Source: Armatimonadota bacterium (GTDB lineage Bacteria > Armatimonadota > Fimbriimonadia > Fimbriimonadales > Fimbriimonadaceae). From it: a stretch of DNA of 64,000 nucleotides. Made by a program: the position numbers and the translations under genes. Under the pieces are notes generated by a model that did no database searches, had not been told where the DNA came from, and was given only the letters and a program-made list of their open reading frames with translations. The stretch is from the NCBI GenBank assembly GCA_031400935.1, contig JANNQV010000027.1:62001-126000 (forward strand), given 5' to 3'. Positions 1-9,723 of this stretch are shown here, piece by piece (the first letter of the stretch is position 1; every line of letters starts with the position of its first letter).

Positions 1-1467
1 AATGGTGCGGCTATTGGGGCTAGTTCCTCTACTCGTGCAGGTGCAGTTGATGATACGACACTCTTAAACGAAGCTTTGGCAGCAGCGGCAGCCCAGGCGA
101 CCAGAGAAATCAATCAACGCAATTTGCCAACAGCAACAGTACTTAACACGCTGACTAACGAAGCATTGATCAACCAAGGTACTCGAACTGGATTCCAGGC
201 AGGTATGGAGTTGATTGTTGTTCGTGGAGCAGAGCAAGTTGCTACGGCCACGGTTGATACCGTTGAGTTTGATAGTGCTGTAGTTCGAATTACAAAGTCG
301 TTTCGGGGCATTCAACCAGGCGACAAGGTTCGAGCGATCTTTGATCCACCGATTTTGAAACCAGATTGGAATGCAAACAATGGCAATCCTCAAATCGTAA
401 AGCCTAAAACCCGAAAGAGCAACAGTCAATTTACGACTCTAGCAATAGTCGGTGGCATCATGGCCATCTTGTTGTCGAACAGCAGCACGGCAGAATCAGT
501 TTCCGTATTCAACGCAGAAGCGATGTTGTATCCGAACTTTTCGGGTGTACCGGCGGTTCAGCTTAGCTGGAAGCTAGATTTGTTCCATCGTGGGCGATCC
601 ACAATGTATTCTTGGCAATTGTTCCGAAACGACGTACTTACCAGTCCGGTAACCGTTGTTCTTGGAGATGCTACGAAGGCATGGGATACCACAGGTCCCC
701 GAGACGTGGCTTTCAGCACGTTTGGCGGACAGATTGGCGGTAATACATGCGACAATGCTGCACCTGAAGACGAAACGGCAACAGGCGTTGCAGGTGTCAT
801 AGCAGGTCGTCCATATACTTATCAGATTCAGCAACTCTACAGAGTGGCTGGAATTGATCTACCTGGCGGCGGGACAACCGGCGGTGGAACGACTGGTGGT
901 GGTACTGGTGGAGGTACTGCTGGCACGACTGGTGGCACTGCCGGAACTACCGGCGGAACAGGTGGAACGACTGGCGGTACAGGTGGTACTGCTGAATTCT
1001 GTTACTTCTTGTCGCCTAAGCAGATGGCAAAGGGCATTGCAACTCCGCTTGATCGCGTATTGCAAGTTTCGCCTACATCGGGTGCAACAGTAGCAACAGA
1101 TGACAACTTTACGTTTACATCCGTAGCGACCGGGGCATTTCCGATCGTTGTGGAATATGCACTCCAATTCTCAACAGACGAATCGTTCACAAACAAGAAC
1201 TTGATCAAAACGTATGCCAAGATCATCCGGACCGAAATCGGAATTCTTGCGTTCGTACCTGTTGATTATCGTAGGAACACAAGCGATACGTTGTTGAATC
1301 GTCTGAGATCGGACTTTGGCAGTTCAACTCTTCAGGTGTTCTGGCGAGTAGGCGGTCGCAATACTTCCGACCTTCCAGGCCCGGTAGCCGATAAGGCTGG
1401 GAACAGGTATGTCTTTGGCCCACCACGTAGAATGTTGTTGCCAACGCTGCCGCCACCGCCTCCGTAA
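1..1467 (+). CDS. Secreted/surface protein, 5'-truncated by the window; FlgT C-terminal-like domain, hydrophobic segment, Gly/Thr-rich linker, poly-Pro C-terminus
   Basis: Frame is open from base 1. GTRTGFQAGMELIVVRG...VATATVDTVEFDSAVVRI...IQPGDKV resembles FlgT_C. GGTTGG repeats; ends LPPPPP. Confidence 0.55.
   Translation, partial: NGAAIGASSSTRAGAVDDTTLLNEALAAAAAQATREINQRNLPTATVLNTLTNEALINQGTRTGFQAGMELIVVRGAEQVATATVDTVEFDSAVVRITKSFRGIQPGDKVRAIFDPPILKPDWNANNGNPQIVKPKTRKSNSQFTTLAIVGGIMAILLSNSSTAESVSVFNAEAMLYPNFSGVPAVQLSWKLDLFHRGRSTMYSWQLFRNDVLTSPVTVVLGDATKAWDTTGPRDVAFSTFGGQIGGNTCDNAAPEDETATGVAGVIAGRPYTYQIQQLYRVAGIDLPGGGTTGGGTTGGGTGGGTAGTTGGTAGTTGGTGGTTGGTGGTAEFCYFLSPKQMAKGIATPLDRVLQVSPTSGATVATDDNFTFTSVATGAFPIVVEYALQFSTDESFTNKNLIKTYAKIIRTEIGILAFVPVDYRRNTSDTLLNRLRSDFGSSTLQVFWRVGGRNTSDLPGPVADKAGNRYVFGPPRRMLLPTLPPPPP
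865..990 (+). repeat. Coding low-complexity Gly/Thr repeat (GGTTGG/GGTAG units)
   Basis: Translates GGGTTGGGTTGGGTGGGTAGTTGGTAGTTGGTGGTTGGTGGT. Confidence 0.9.
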
Positions 1468-1542
1468 GAAAATGGATGGTCTACTGTAATAATTGCAGTA
1501 CTGGCCACAATTGAGGAAACGTCATACGTAATGTCAGTTAGA

Positions 1543-1574
1543 ACCCGGAGTTTCAAACAAATGAAATTCCGGGT
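1543..1574 (+). other. Intergenic stem-loop
   Basis: ACCCGGAGTTTCA-aacaaa-TGAAATTCCGGGT inverted repeat with no clear U-tract. Confidence 0.55.
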
Positions 1575-1599
1575 CTCTTCAGAGAGCGAAGGATAGAAA

Positions 1600-4437
1600 A
1601 TGAATACGCGTTTTTCAAAAGTTTTTGGGTTTGCAATGATCGCCGCATTCGGTGCTAGAGCCGCCTACGGCCAAGCTGGAAGTTGGGGTTTCGAATGTAT
1701 TGACCCGATGAATACAATGCCACGCTCGATACCGTTTGGCTCCCTAGGCCAAGCGAATCTGTTAATGGCTGCAAGCACAGGTGTTGTCGGAACCGTCACT
1801 TACGGCGGGGCCAACGGCCCGTGCTTTGGACCAACCGCCTATACTGGCAACTTGCCAGGTGGATTTGGATTTATGAATGGATTCCTGGGCTCGGTTCAGG
1901 ATCAAAATCCAGCCGACCCCAATAGCAGTTTTACAGATGATGGCTTGATTCACACATGGGGGATGCCGATTGATCCGAACCGAGATGGCGGCATCATGAT
2001 GACCCTTCAAGGTGAACCTGGCTCAACCGCCGCTCCGGCTAGGCAAGTTTTCGGACTTCAAGGATTCTTCGAATTGTGGGAGGGTCTTAGCGGGCGTTAT
2101 TACCACTTTGGTTCCCAGCATGGCGATATTGAAGTTATGCTTCGGGTTGACGTTATTGGCGATACAGCAAAAGTCACTTGGGACCTAAGAAATACGAATA
2201 CAACAACTGGCCGAACAATTGGACTCTGGTTTGGGCATCAAAGCGCAATGCTGTCAGCGAACGCTGATACTACTGGGTCTGACATGTCGTTTTCAGGATT
2301 GTTCACTCGCTCATTTAGGAGCGGCAAACCAGGCTATATTGAAACTCCTGCAGGTCGTCCCATCATTACTCCAAAGCGCTTTATCCGAAATATTGATCCG
2401 GCGACCTTTCCTGAGTTCTTAAATGTAGTTTTCGGCCAAACCGCAGGCTTTGGCCTTCGCATTGATATGGGGCCGACAGACGAAACCAAAGATGTGAATG
2501 GAAACAGTGAAGTCACGCCAGTTGATGCAATTACTGTGGGTACTTGGAATACAAGTCCACCCGTGTTCAATGCGGCTGGAATTCCTGACGTTATCATTCC
2601 AGATACGTCCGTGCAAGGGCACACGCAGGTACTTCAGAAATTCGATCCGATCAATGTTCAACCATTGGCGACCAGACGAATTGTTCAGATGTTTCGTTCA
2701 ACTTGGGGCAAAGGCAACTATGTGGAACCTTACACCGTTGTCGTAGACGCTCCTCAACTCATCGCTTCTGATCCAAATGGGGCTGACGGATTGTCTCCGA
2801 ATCCGATGACTATCAGAGTTTATATTGATAACTCTCAGGGTTTCGCAATTATTGAGAATCCAATCTCGTTGCAGGAAGTTCGATGCAAACTGACCTTCCC
2901 AGGAATTGGATTGACTCTGGAAGCTGGCGAGCAACAGACAAAGACGCTGAACAGCATTGATGCTGGACAAATTGAGTTTCTCGAATGGCAAGTAGCGGCA
3001 GACGGAATTGCGTTTGGCGACTTGCCATATAAGCTTGAAGTTGATTCTACACCTGGTGGTCCAAAGGTCCTCACGGGTACGATTCGAGTTTCTTCAACAC
3101 CAAAATTTGACATTGCCGCTGATGCTAATCTCCTTGGCTGTCCTTGGCAAATGAATAATGACAACTCGTGGGAAGCCGTTCTCGGCCTACAAAGCCCGCT
3201 TGATTTCAGAGCTTACAAGTGGGATCCGCAGCAAAATGGCTACATCATCTCCACAGGCGCTGAGCGTGGAAAGGGTGCGTGGATAGTTGCAACAAGCGCA
3301 TTCGGAATCATTGATATACAGGGCAACCCAGTTGCACCACCTGATATCGCAACCGGAGCTCCAAACATTCAACTTAAATCGGGTTGGAACTTGATCGCGA
3401 ACCCGTATCCTTATGCGGTTCAACTGGGTCAGATTGTGGGAGTTCCAAATGGAACGCCAACAGTTTTGACTTGGAATGAGATGGTGCAAGCAGGCTACAT
3501 TAATGGCACGCTTTGGTATTACGATCCAAATACTGCCGACTACTTGCCAACTCAAAACACGACAGGAACTTTGTTCCCTCACCGTGGATATTGGGTTCAC
3601 GTCAATACTCAAAATGACTTGACACTGGGATATCCGGCAGTGTATTCGAGATTCTTGCCAGGCTCAAACCGAACCGATACCGGAGCGGGTTGGACTCAAA
3701 CTGACAAGCAATGGCGATTGCAGCTTGCAGCACGAACTAGCAGTTCGCAAGATGCTCAAAACTTTGTTGGGCTTGCACCTTCAACTTCGGTAGCAAATGT
3801 GCTCAGGTTGAATGAAATCCCAAGTTCGCCCGTTGCCAATGTCTCGATAGCTGTTGAAGATTCGGTTGGCGGAACCACGAGACTGTATTCGCAAACGCTT
3901 ACAGATCGCATGGCACGAAAGACTTGGAAGGTTCGAGTGAACACGACTGAGGCCGCAACAGTGACTATCACTTGGCCAAACCTTTCGACGGTTCCTAGAA
4001 ATGCTCGATTCCGATTGACTGACCTTGGAAGTGGAACAGTCCGCGACCTTCGACAAAGCTCAGGGTACACGTTTGACACCAATGAAGCGTCATCAAGAGA
4101 ATTCAATCTCGAGATGATTCCTGGATCAGCAACTCGAGCCGTTATCGGCAACGTGCTGGTCGCTCGAAGTCGAGCGGCATTAGCTCCATTCTCAATTCGA
4201 TACACTCTATCATCAGATGCAACGACCCAAGTCCGCGTTCTTTCGAACAACGGCAAGGAAGTATATTCCGTTCATCGTGGAAGAGCAGATCGAACAGGCG
4301 AAAATGAAGTCACTTGGGCAATGCGTGACAATGCAAACCGACTCGTAGCTCCTGGAGCTTATCGAGTCGAAATTCTAGCGGAGACACCTGAAGGCGAAAG
4401 AGGTCGAAAGACTGTCGTCCTCAACGTAATTCGATAG
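1600..4437 (+). CDS. Large secreted beta-rich protein with C-terminal FlgD-Ig-like domain
   Basis: Signal peptide (MNTRFSKVFGFAMIAAFGARAAYG). LKSGWNLIANPY motif. C-terminal IRYTLSSDA..QVRVLSNNGKEV...VTWAMRDNANRLVAPGAYRVEI is typical of FlgD_ig. Confidence 0.7.
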   Translation: MNTRFSKVFGFAMIAAFGARAAYGQAGSWGFECIDPMNTMPRSIPFGSLGQANLLMAASTGVVGTVTYGGANGPCFGPTAYTGNLPGGFGFMNGFLGSVQDQNPADPNSSFTDDGLIHTWGMPIDPNRDGGIMMTLQGEPGSTAAPARQVFGLQGFFELWEGLSGRYYHFGSQHGDIEVMLRVDVIGDTAKVTWDLRNTNTTTGRTIGLWFGHQSAMLSANADTTGSDMSFSGLFTRSFRSGKPGYIETPAGRPIITPKRFIRNIDPATFPEFLNVVFGQTAGFGLRIDMGPTDETKDVNGNSEVTPVDAITVGTWNTSPPVFNAAGIPDVIIPDTSVQGHTQVLQKFDPINVQPLATRRIVQMFRSTWGKGNYVEPYTVVVDAPQLIASDPNGADGLSPNPMTIRVYIDNSQGFAIIENPISLQEVRCKLTFPGIGLTLEAGEQQTKTLNSIDAGQIEFLEWQVAADGIAFGDLPYKLEVDSTPGGPKVLTGTIRVSSTPKFDIAADANLLGCPWQMNNDNSWEAVLGLQSPLDFRAYKWDPQQNGYIISTGAERGKGAWIVATSAFGIIDIQGNPVAPPDIATGAPNIQLKSGWNLIANPYPYAVQLGQIVGVPNGTPTVLTWNEMVQAGYINGTLWYYDPNTADYLPTQNTTGTLFPHRGYWVHVNTQNDLTLGYPAVYSRFLPGSNRTDTGAGWTQTDKQWRLQLAARTSSSQDAQNFVGLAPSTSVANVLRLNEIPSSPVANVSIAVEDSVGGTTRLYSQTLTDRMARKTWKVRVNTTEAATVTITWPNLSTVPRNARFRLTDLGSGTVRDLRQSSGYTFDTNEASSREFNLEMIPGSATRAVIGNVLVARSRAALAPFSIRYTLSSDATTQVRVLSNNGKEVYSVHRGRADRTGENEVTWAMRDNANRLVAPGAYRVEILAETPEGERGRKTVVLNVIR

Positions 4438-4454
4438 AATCAAACAAACATCGT

Positions 4455-4494
4455 TTTGGGAAGTCGAACCTTTCGGCTTCCCAAATTTGTCTTT
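4455..4494 (+). terminator. Probable intrinsic terminator
   Basis: TTTGGGAAGTCGAA-cct-TTCGGCTTCCCAAA followed by a T-rich tail. Confidence 0.6.
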
Positions 4495-4528
4495 ACTATA
4501 AGCTCCCGGCTATACTTACATTTGAGCT

Positions 4529-6532
4529 ATGGGAATGTCTCAACCAATTCGCGCTGGAATTACCATCCTACTCTTTGCAATCGCAACTGCGGTTGCAAAT
4601 TGCTCGAATGGTGTTATCCGACTTACGAGCTTTCCTTCGATGACCGTTGCCGATGGTCGAAGTACTCTTACGATAAGTGCTGAAGTTCGAGACCGATCAG
4701 GAAATATTGTTCCCGATGGCACTCAGGTTGTTTTTGCTACTAATATGGGCTCCTTCGTTGAGCCTGTAACACGAACTGTTTCGGGAACAGCACGTGCGAT
4801 TTTTTCAGCAGGCTCGGTTCCGGGAATTGCAAAAATTCAAGCTTCTGCCCTTACCTATAACGCTGTATCAATTCTGGACATCGAGCTTGTTTCTGATCGC
4901 AATATGCTGACTTCGGCGAAGGAGTTCATTGAGATCAGCGCAGAAAACTACTTGATGTACAGCCTCGATCATCGAATCATGGGGGCTGCCGCCCCAGAAC
5001 GTGGCGTCGCAATCCGGTTCCGAGACATCTCTATTGATGCCGACGATGTCCAATTAACAATTCCCAGCAAAGAAGTTCGAGCACGAAACGCCAAAGTGAA
5101 ATTTGGTACTTATGAGCGCGAGTTTACTGAGCTCTATTTCAAAATGGATTCAAAAGAGGGATTCGGCATTACAACTTTCGAAGTACCGAACTCTCGAATC
5201 GTCGCAACTGCAAAACTCTTTAAGTTTGAAACCTCGACCGTGAAGCGTCTAGGAATGGCGCAGATTTCAGGGCAAAACATTACGCCTTATACAAAGCAAT
5301 TGCCAAGCGGGATTTTTGAATTTACCGACCTGCTGGAATCAACTTCGACAATTTCCGCAAAGAAGGCATTCGCGTATCCGCGGGGTCAGATTCAATTTCA
5401 TCGTGCATCCATCTTCATTGGCACACAACGGGTGATGTCAATGCCGATGTACCAGCTCGATATGAATAGTAGCTCGCCTTTGGCGACCGAACAGTTTCTC
5501 AATGTTTACAACAGCCAAGTTGCACTCAATTACCCCTATTACCTGACTCTAGAGCCGGGAGAAACTAGCGCGATTCGCTTTCGAACTGGCGAACGCTATG
5601 GCCGAAATTCTACGAGTTTGGGCGGAGTTTTTCTAGACTATGAGTGGAATTGGAACAAAGGCCAAGACATGGACGGCGGGCTAACAGTAACTGGGCTGAA
5701 CCGGAAGGATTGGTCTATCGGCGCCAGGCAGTATCTACGGCTCGATTCAAAAACCGTCGCTTCGGCGCAACTCGAATTTCCTTCGCACCGTAGTGTATTC
5801 GGGTCTGCTTCAGTTCAGCGACATGGCGACGGCTATCACATGAGCGTAAACGCCAGCAGTTCTCGCTCACTGAAGGGCACTGAGTATCAAACCCAACAAT
5901 ACTCAGCCGTCATCGAAAAGAGCCCCACAAAGGTCGGCACACTGCCACTGCGGCTGTTTTATGGTGTTACAGCTAACTCCAGCTCTTCCGATACTGCTTC
6001 AACTCATTTTCAGCAAAATTCGGTCGGCGCCCGAGTTCGTATGCAGGTGCTTCCAATACTCTTGGACAAACGTTCAACCTTAATGGGCTCAATGTCTCTG
6101 AGCCATTTGCAGGGCGATGGAGTGAAGAACGGTTTGACAACCATTGCCGATCTTTCGCTGAGCCATCAATTTGGTGACGGTGCGGCTCTGTTTATGAGTT
6201 ACAACTATACTGATGACGGGTTTGCGAGTGCTGTGACAGGTCGCAATTCACTCAATGTGAACGGAATCTATGACCGAGGCAAGTTGTCATTTTCATTTAA
6301 TGCGTCAAAGAGCCTAGATATGGACCGTCAAAGCTACTTTTTTGACTCAAGTTTCTTGGTGAGTGATCAATGGCGTGTCTCCTATCAATACACATTCGAT
6401 CAATTTCTTGGCGACCGTTACATTGACGACCTCGCCATGCTAAGCTATCGAGTTGGTGTGAGGGAAATTGGGGTTACGTATTCGATTCAAAGGAAGCGCA
6501 TCGGCATTCAACTGTTTGGTTCGCAGTTTTAG
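4529..6532 (+). CDS. Invasin-type Ig-like (Big_1) domain plus probable outer-membrane beta-barrel (LptD-like middle region)
   Basis: ADGRSTLTISAEVRDRSGNIVPDGTQVVFATNMGS is Big_1-like. Amphipathic beta strands; C-terminal Phe (GIQLFGSQF). Confidence 0.55.
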   Translation: MGMSQPIRAGITILLFAIATAVANCSNGVIRLTSFPSMTVADGRSTLTISAEVRDRSGNIVPDGTQVVFATNMGSFVEPVTRTVSGTARAIFSAGSVPGIAKIQASALTYNAVSILDIELVSDRNMLTSAKEFIEISAENYLMYSLDHRIMGAAAPERGVAIRFRDISIDADDVQLTIPSKEVRARNAKVKFGTYEREFTELYFKMDSKEGFGITTFEVPNSRIVATAKLFKFETSTVKRLGMAQISGQNITPYTKQLPSGIFEFTDLLESTSTISAKKAFAYPRGQIQFHRASIFIGTQRVMSMPMYQLDMNSSSPLATEQFLNVYNSQVALNYPYYLTLEPGETSAIRFRTGERYGRNSTSLGGVFLDYEWNWNKGQDMDGGLTVTGLNRKDWSIGARQYLRLDSKTVASAQLEFPSHRSVFGSASVQRHGDGYHMSVNASSSRSLKGTEYQTQQYSAVIEKSPTKVGTLPLRLFYGVTANSSSSDTASTHFQQNSVGARVRMQVLPILLDKRSTLMGSMSLSHLQGDGVKNGLTTIADLSLSHQFGDGAALFMSYNYTDDGFASAVTGRNSLNVNGIYDRGKLSFSFNASKSLDMDRQSYFFDSSFLVSDQWRVSYQYTFDQFLGDRYIDDLAMLSYRVGVREIGVTYSIQRKRIGIQLFGSQF

Positions 6533-8303
6533 CTGTTGCATTGCATCAGCCATTTGTTTTGTCTCGCAAGCCCAAGATTTTGGCCGGTTTGGCTACAAAA
6601 ATCAATGGGATTTGCCAGCGCTTTCGGTTTCAAGGTTAGGATTTCGGGCGAACCACCCTCAAAGCGCGGCCATAGACTTTGTTCCAAAACCCCCACTATG
6701 GACGCCGCTTCAAACATCGTCGCTCGTTCAAACCGTGCTTATTCGAGCAGGTCAGGAGGGCATGTTGAAAATGCGAGCCAACTTGTTGGGGCTTGGATTT
6801 GAGGTCTATTGTGTTGGCAAACTTAAGTTGGCAATACGCACGACATCCTCGCCATTTCTAACTTGGAGTGAAGGTTCGGTTGGCTCTGGCGTCCCAACGC
6901 CGAACACAGTTTGGATTGGAGTTTCGTTTCGAGATTCGCAGCCTCCGCTAGCGATTGGGTTCCTTAGCGGGCCAGCCGGTCTCCAGATTCAAGGAAGCGC
7001 TGGCGATTGGACACTTGAAACAGTTGAGGATTACAAGGGCTGGATTCGGATTTGTGCTCCGAACGGAATCATGCCTTATCGTACCAACGGCGCGGCAGAA
7101 CTTGGCGATTTCGCAAAACTATGCAAAAAGCTTGCTATGGTCATTAGCTCCCCGACCCCAATGATCAAGAGCCAATCTGTACTCGCGGATTCGCAAGGAA
7201 TTGATCTGAATATTGAATTGTCAGGGGCTGGAGCTGTGATTCCAAGCCATTGGATGATGGCCCCGATTGCGGGTTATCCCGTAAAGGTTTCAGGCAGTCC
7301 TGAGCCCACCACCGTTCAAACCGAATCCGGCCCAGTTTATCTGCATTCGTTGCCGAATTTGCGTGTTCGTTTTCCTGCCCGAAGGGTTCCGTTGGGCCGG
7401 GCGATTGGTTTAGGAAATTTGAATCTCCCAGAACCTGGAACGGTTTCTTCCCTTCATATTCCCGGCGTAGTTGAACTTGCTTTGATCAACCTGCTTGCAA
7501 ACGCGACGCAATCGCATCGCATGGTAGCTCAGGAAACCTTAGATCAATTCTTTGAAGAAGCTCACTACGCTATCGAGCCCTTTTCCAAGCAACAATTGCC
7601 ATTTAACTCGGCAGGAGCAGATATTGATGTCGTTGGCGCACATGCTCTATTGCTTCAAGCTATGCAGAACAACTTTATGGAGGAGCCGCAGAACAACAGT
7701 TTGCTAATGTCGCTTTCTCTACGAAGAGATTGGTTTTCGGGCCGACTGTGGGTACCCGACTTTGATGCGGGTCGCGGTGCCATGTCACTTGCAGCCCTGG
7801 CTGGGGCTCTGTCTCCAGAACCTGAACGCCGCCTAGATGGCGCAATGTTTGAAGCCGCGTTAATGGCTGAAAGAGGTTTGGAGATTTGGAAAAGAAGACG
7901 AAGCCAACCGGTGGAAAGCCCGGCAAAAAGTGGAGCACTGCTTCCTTTGCGCGAGGCACTTTTCACTCGCACTTTAGCAAAAAGGAACGCATTTGCTGAC
8001 CTGTTGCTAAGCTTGTATCGCCTAACTGGACCGCGCGGATTTGGATTCCAACAGACGTCTCTTACCGTAGTCGCAACGGGGAACATAATGGAAAAACTGA
8101 CGGTTTCGTTTGGACTTCATACGGGTTTTGAACTAGCGATTCGTCCAAAGAAGAACGTGGAAAATCTAGTCGCTAGTGGCCAGTTTGGAACTCATCGAAT
8201 TCTTGTAAAGCCAAGGGATTCCGGAGATTTTCAAATATCGTTCGATTTGCCGACGTGGGCACCGAAACTGCCGAGCGTGGCTCCTATTCCTGGTTGGAAC
8301 TAA
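6468..8303 (+). CDS. Hypothetical secreted protein (start uncertain)
   Basis: 611-aa ORF with signal-peptide-like segment ending ..VSQAQ; no recognised family. Confidence 0.55.
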   Translation: MGLRIRFKGSASAFNCLVRSFSCCIASAICFVSQAQDFGRFGYKNQWDLPALSVSRLGFRANHPQSAAIDFVPKPPLWTPLQTSSLVQTVLIRAGQEGMLKMRANLLGLGFEVYCVGKLKLAIRTTSSPFLTWSEGSVGSGVPTPNTVWIGVSFRDSQPPLAIGFLSGPAGLQIQGSAGDWTLETVEDYKGWIRICAPNGIMPYRTNGAAELGDFAKLCKKLAMVISSPTPMIKSQSVLADSQGIDLNIELSGAGAVIPSHWMMAPIAGYPVKVSGSPEPTTVQTESGPVYLHSLPNLRVRFPARRVPLGRAIGLGNLNLPEPGTVSSLHIPGVVELALINLLANATQSHRMVAQETLDQFFEEAHYAIEPFSKQQLPFNSAGADIDVVGAHALLLQAMQNNFMEEPQNNSLLMSLSLRRDWFSGRLWVPDFDAGRGAMSLAALAGALSPEPERRLDGAMFEAALMAERGLEIWKRRRSQPVESPAKSGALLPLREALFTRTLAKRNAFADLLLSLYRLTGPRGFGFQQTSLTVVATGNIMEKLTVSFGLHTGFELAIRPKKNVENLVASGQFGTHRILVKPRDSGDFQISFDLPTWAPKLPSVAPIPGWN

Positions 8304-8335
8304 AATATCAAGTCAAGAATTCGCGCACTTCCAAA

Positions 8336-9070
8336 TCATAGAAAGAATATCTTCACGACTGCAACGATCAAAACCAAACCCAGCAACCGCCGCAATCCAA
8401 CATTTGGAATTTGAAACGCACCCAAGAACGACCCAGCAAGGGCACCAATTGCCCCAATGGCGAGTAATTCCCAGTGTTCCCCAATTGGACTCAAAGATGC
8501 TGGGTCGCGAGCCGCCAAGCCCGACAGCGAGTTTGCGAAAATGAAAAGAGCCGCTAAACTAGCAGTCTTTTTTGCATCCGCAAATCCCGCCAGAAGGACA
8601 ATCGGGCTCAGAAACACACCTCCCCCAATTCCCACAATTCCGCTAAGCAAACCAATAACTGCGCCAATGCCAATAGAGAGCAATAGGCTTGGAGATTTTG
8701 TTTCCAACTGCGCAGCAGCCGGGCGAAGTAGCAGAACGAGTGCCGCGCCGGCTAAAACTACAGCAAGTATGGGTTCGTGGGCGTTACCTGGTAGCTTCAT
8801 TTTTCCGCCGATGAACGCAAAGGGAATCGAACCCGCTAAGAACGGCCAAGTCAGTTGCCAATCGAAATGCTTCGCGCGTTGAAATGCGAAAAACGCAATA
8901 CTTGACACCACCAAATTCGTTGCGAGGGCGAGCACAGAAGCCTCTTTAGTTGCCAAAGTTGAGAAGGTCAAAAGAGCTAGGTAACCGGTTGCGCCACCGT
9001 GACCTACGGAACTGTAGAGTGCGGAAACGATGGCAAGCCCAGTTAACAAGACTGGGTCGCTTGGATTCAA
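8336..9070 (-). CDS. TauE/SafE (TSUP) sulfite exporter-family membrane protein
   Basis: LYSSVGHGGATGY and GLLSGIVGIGGGVFLSP motifs. Likely TTG start at 9070 overlapping the moaE stop. Confidence 0.85.
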   Translation of the reverse strand: MNPSDPVLLTGLAIVSALYSSVGHGGATGYLALLTFSTLATKEASVLALATNLVVSSIAFFAFQRAKHFDWQLTWPFLAGSIPFAFIGGKMKLPGNAHEPILAVVLAGAALVLLLRPAAAQLETKSPSLLLSIGIGAVIGLLSGIVGIGGGVFLSPIVLLAGFADAKKTASLAALFIFANSLSGLAARDPASLSPIGEHWELLAIGAIGALAGSFLGAFQIPNVGLRRLLGLVLIVAVVKIFFL

Positions 9071-9480
9071 TTCTTTGTGACCTCGCTTGGGACGACCCAA
9101 ACCGAATCCCCGTCTGCAAAATGCTCTTTCTTCCAGATGGGAACCCTAAGTTTTAGCTGATCAATGATCCACTCGCATCCCGCAAATGCTTCGCGGCGAT
9201 GCACCGCCGCGACTTGGATCAGCACTGCGGTTTCACCGAGCTCGAGAATTCCAACACGATGGATGACATTTGCCGAAATGAGTCTAAAGCTATCAATCGC
9301 CTCTTGAACCAGCTTCGTGCCTTCAGATTCGGCGAGCTCTGGGTAGGCCTCGTATTCGAGGCGATTGACGTGCCGTCCTTCGGCTTGATTTCGCACTTTT
9401 CCTTCAAACGTAACAAATCCGCCAGCACCTTCTTGGTTCAGTGTGGTGGAAACGATAGGTTCGGAAGCTAGCTTGAACAT
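9067..9480 (-). CDS. moaE: Molybdopterin synthase catalytic subunit
   Basis: GGFVTFEGKVRN, LEYEAY, HRVG.L..GE, HRREAF, LKLRVPIWKKE. Confidence 0.95.
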   Translation of the reverse strand: MFKLASEPIVSTTLNQEGAGGFVTFEGKVRNQAEGRHVNRLEYEAYPELAESEGTKLVQEAIDSFRLISANVIHRVGILELGETAVLIQVAAVHRREAFAGCEWIIDQLKLRVPIWKKEHFADGDSVWVVPSEVTKN

Positions 9481-9483
9481 GGC

Positions 9484-9723
9484 CTATCCACCGGCAACTG
9501 GCGGGATAAGGACAACATTGTCGCCATCCATTAACGCCTGATCGTCTTCTGCGAATTCGCCATTCACCGCAGCACGAATTCTTGAAGGAGGCAAAGAAAA
9601 CTGGTGTGCCTGTGCCAAATTTGCTACAAATTCTGCAACTGTTGCCGACTTACACTCAACAGATTCGGATTCGAGTCCTCGCTGGTCCCGCAGCAACGCA
9701 AAATACCGGACATTCACAGTCAT
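9484..9723 (-). CDS. moaD: Molybdopterin synthase sulfur carrier subunit
   Basis: VRYFALLRD...AVNGEF...IPPVAGG (C-terminal GG); ATGA overlap with moeA stop. Confidence 0.93.
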   Translation of the reverse strand: MTVNVRYFALLRDQRGLESESVECKSATVAEFVANLAQAHQFSLPPSRIRAAVNGEFAEDDQALMDGDNVVLIPPVAGG

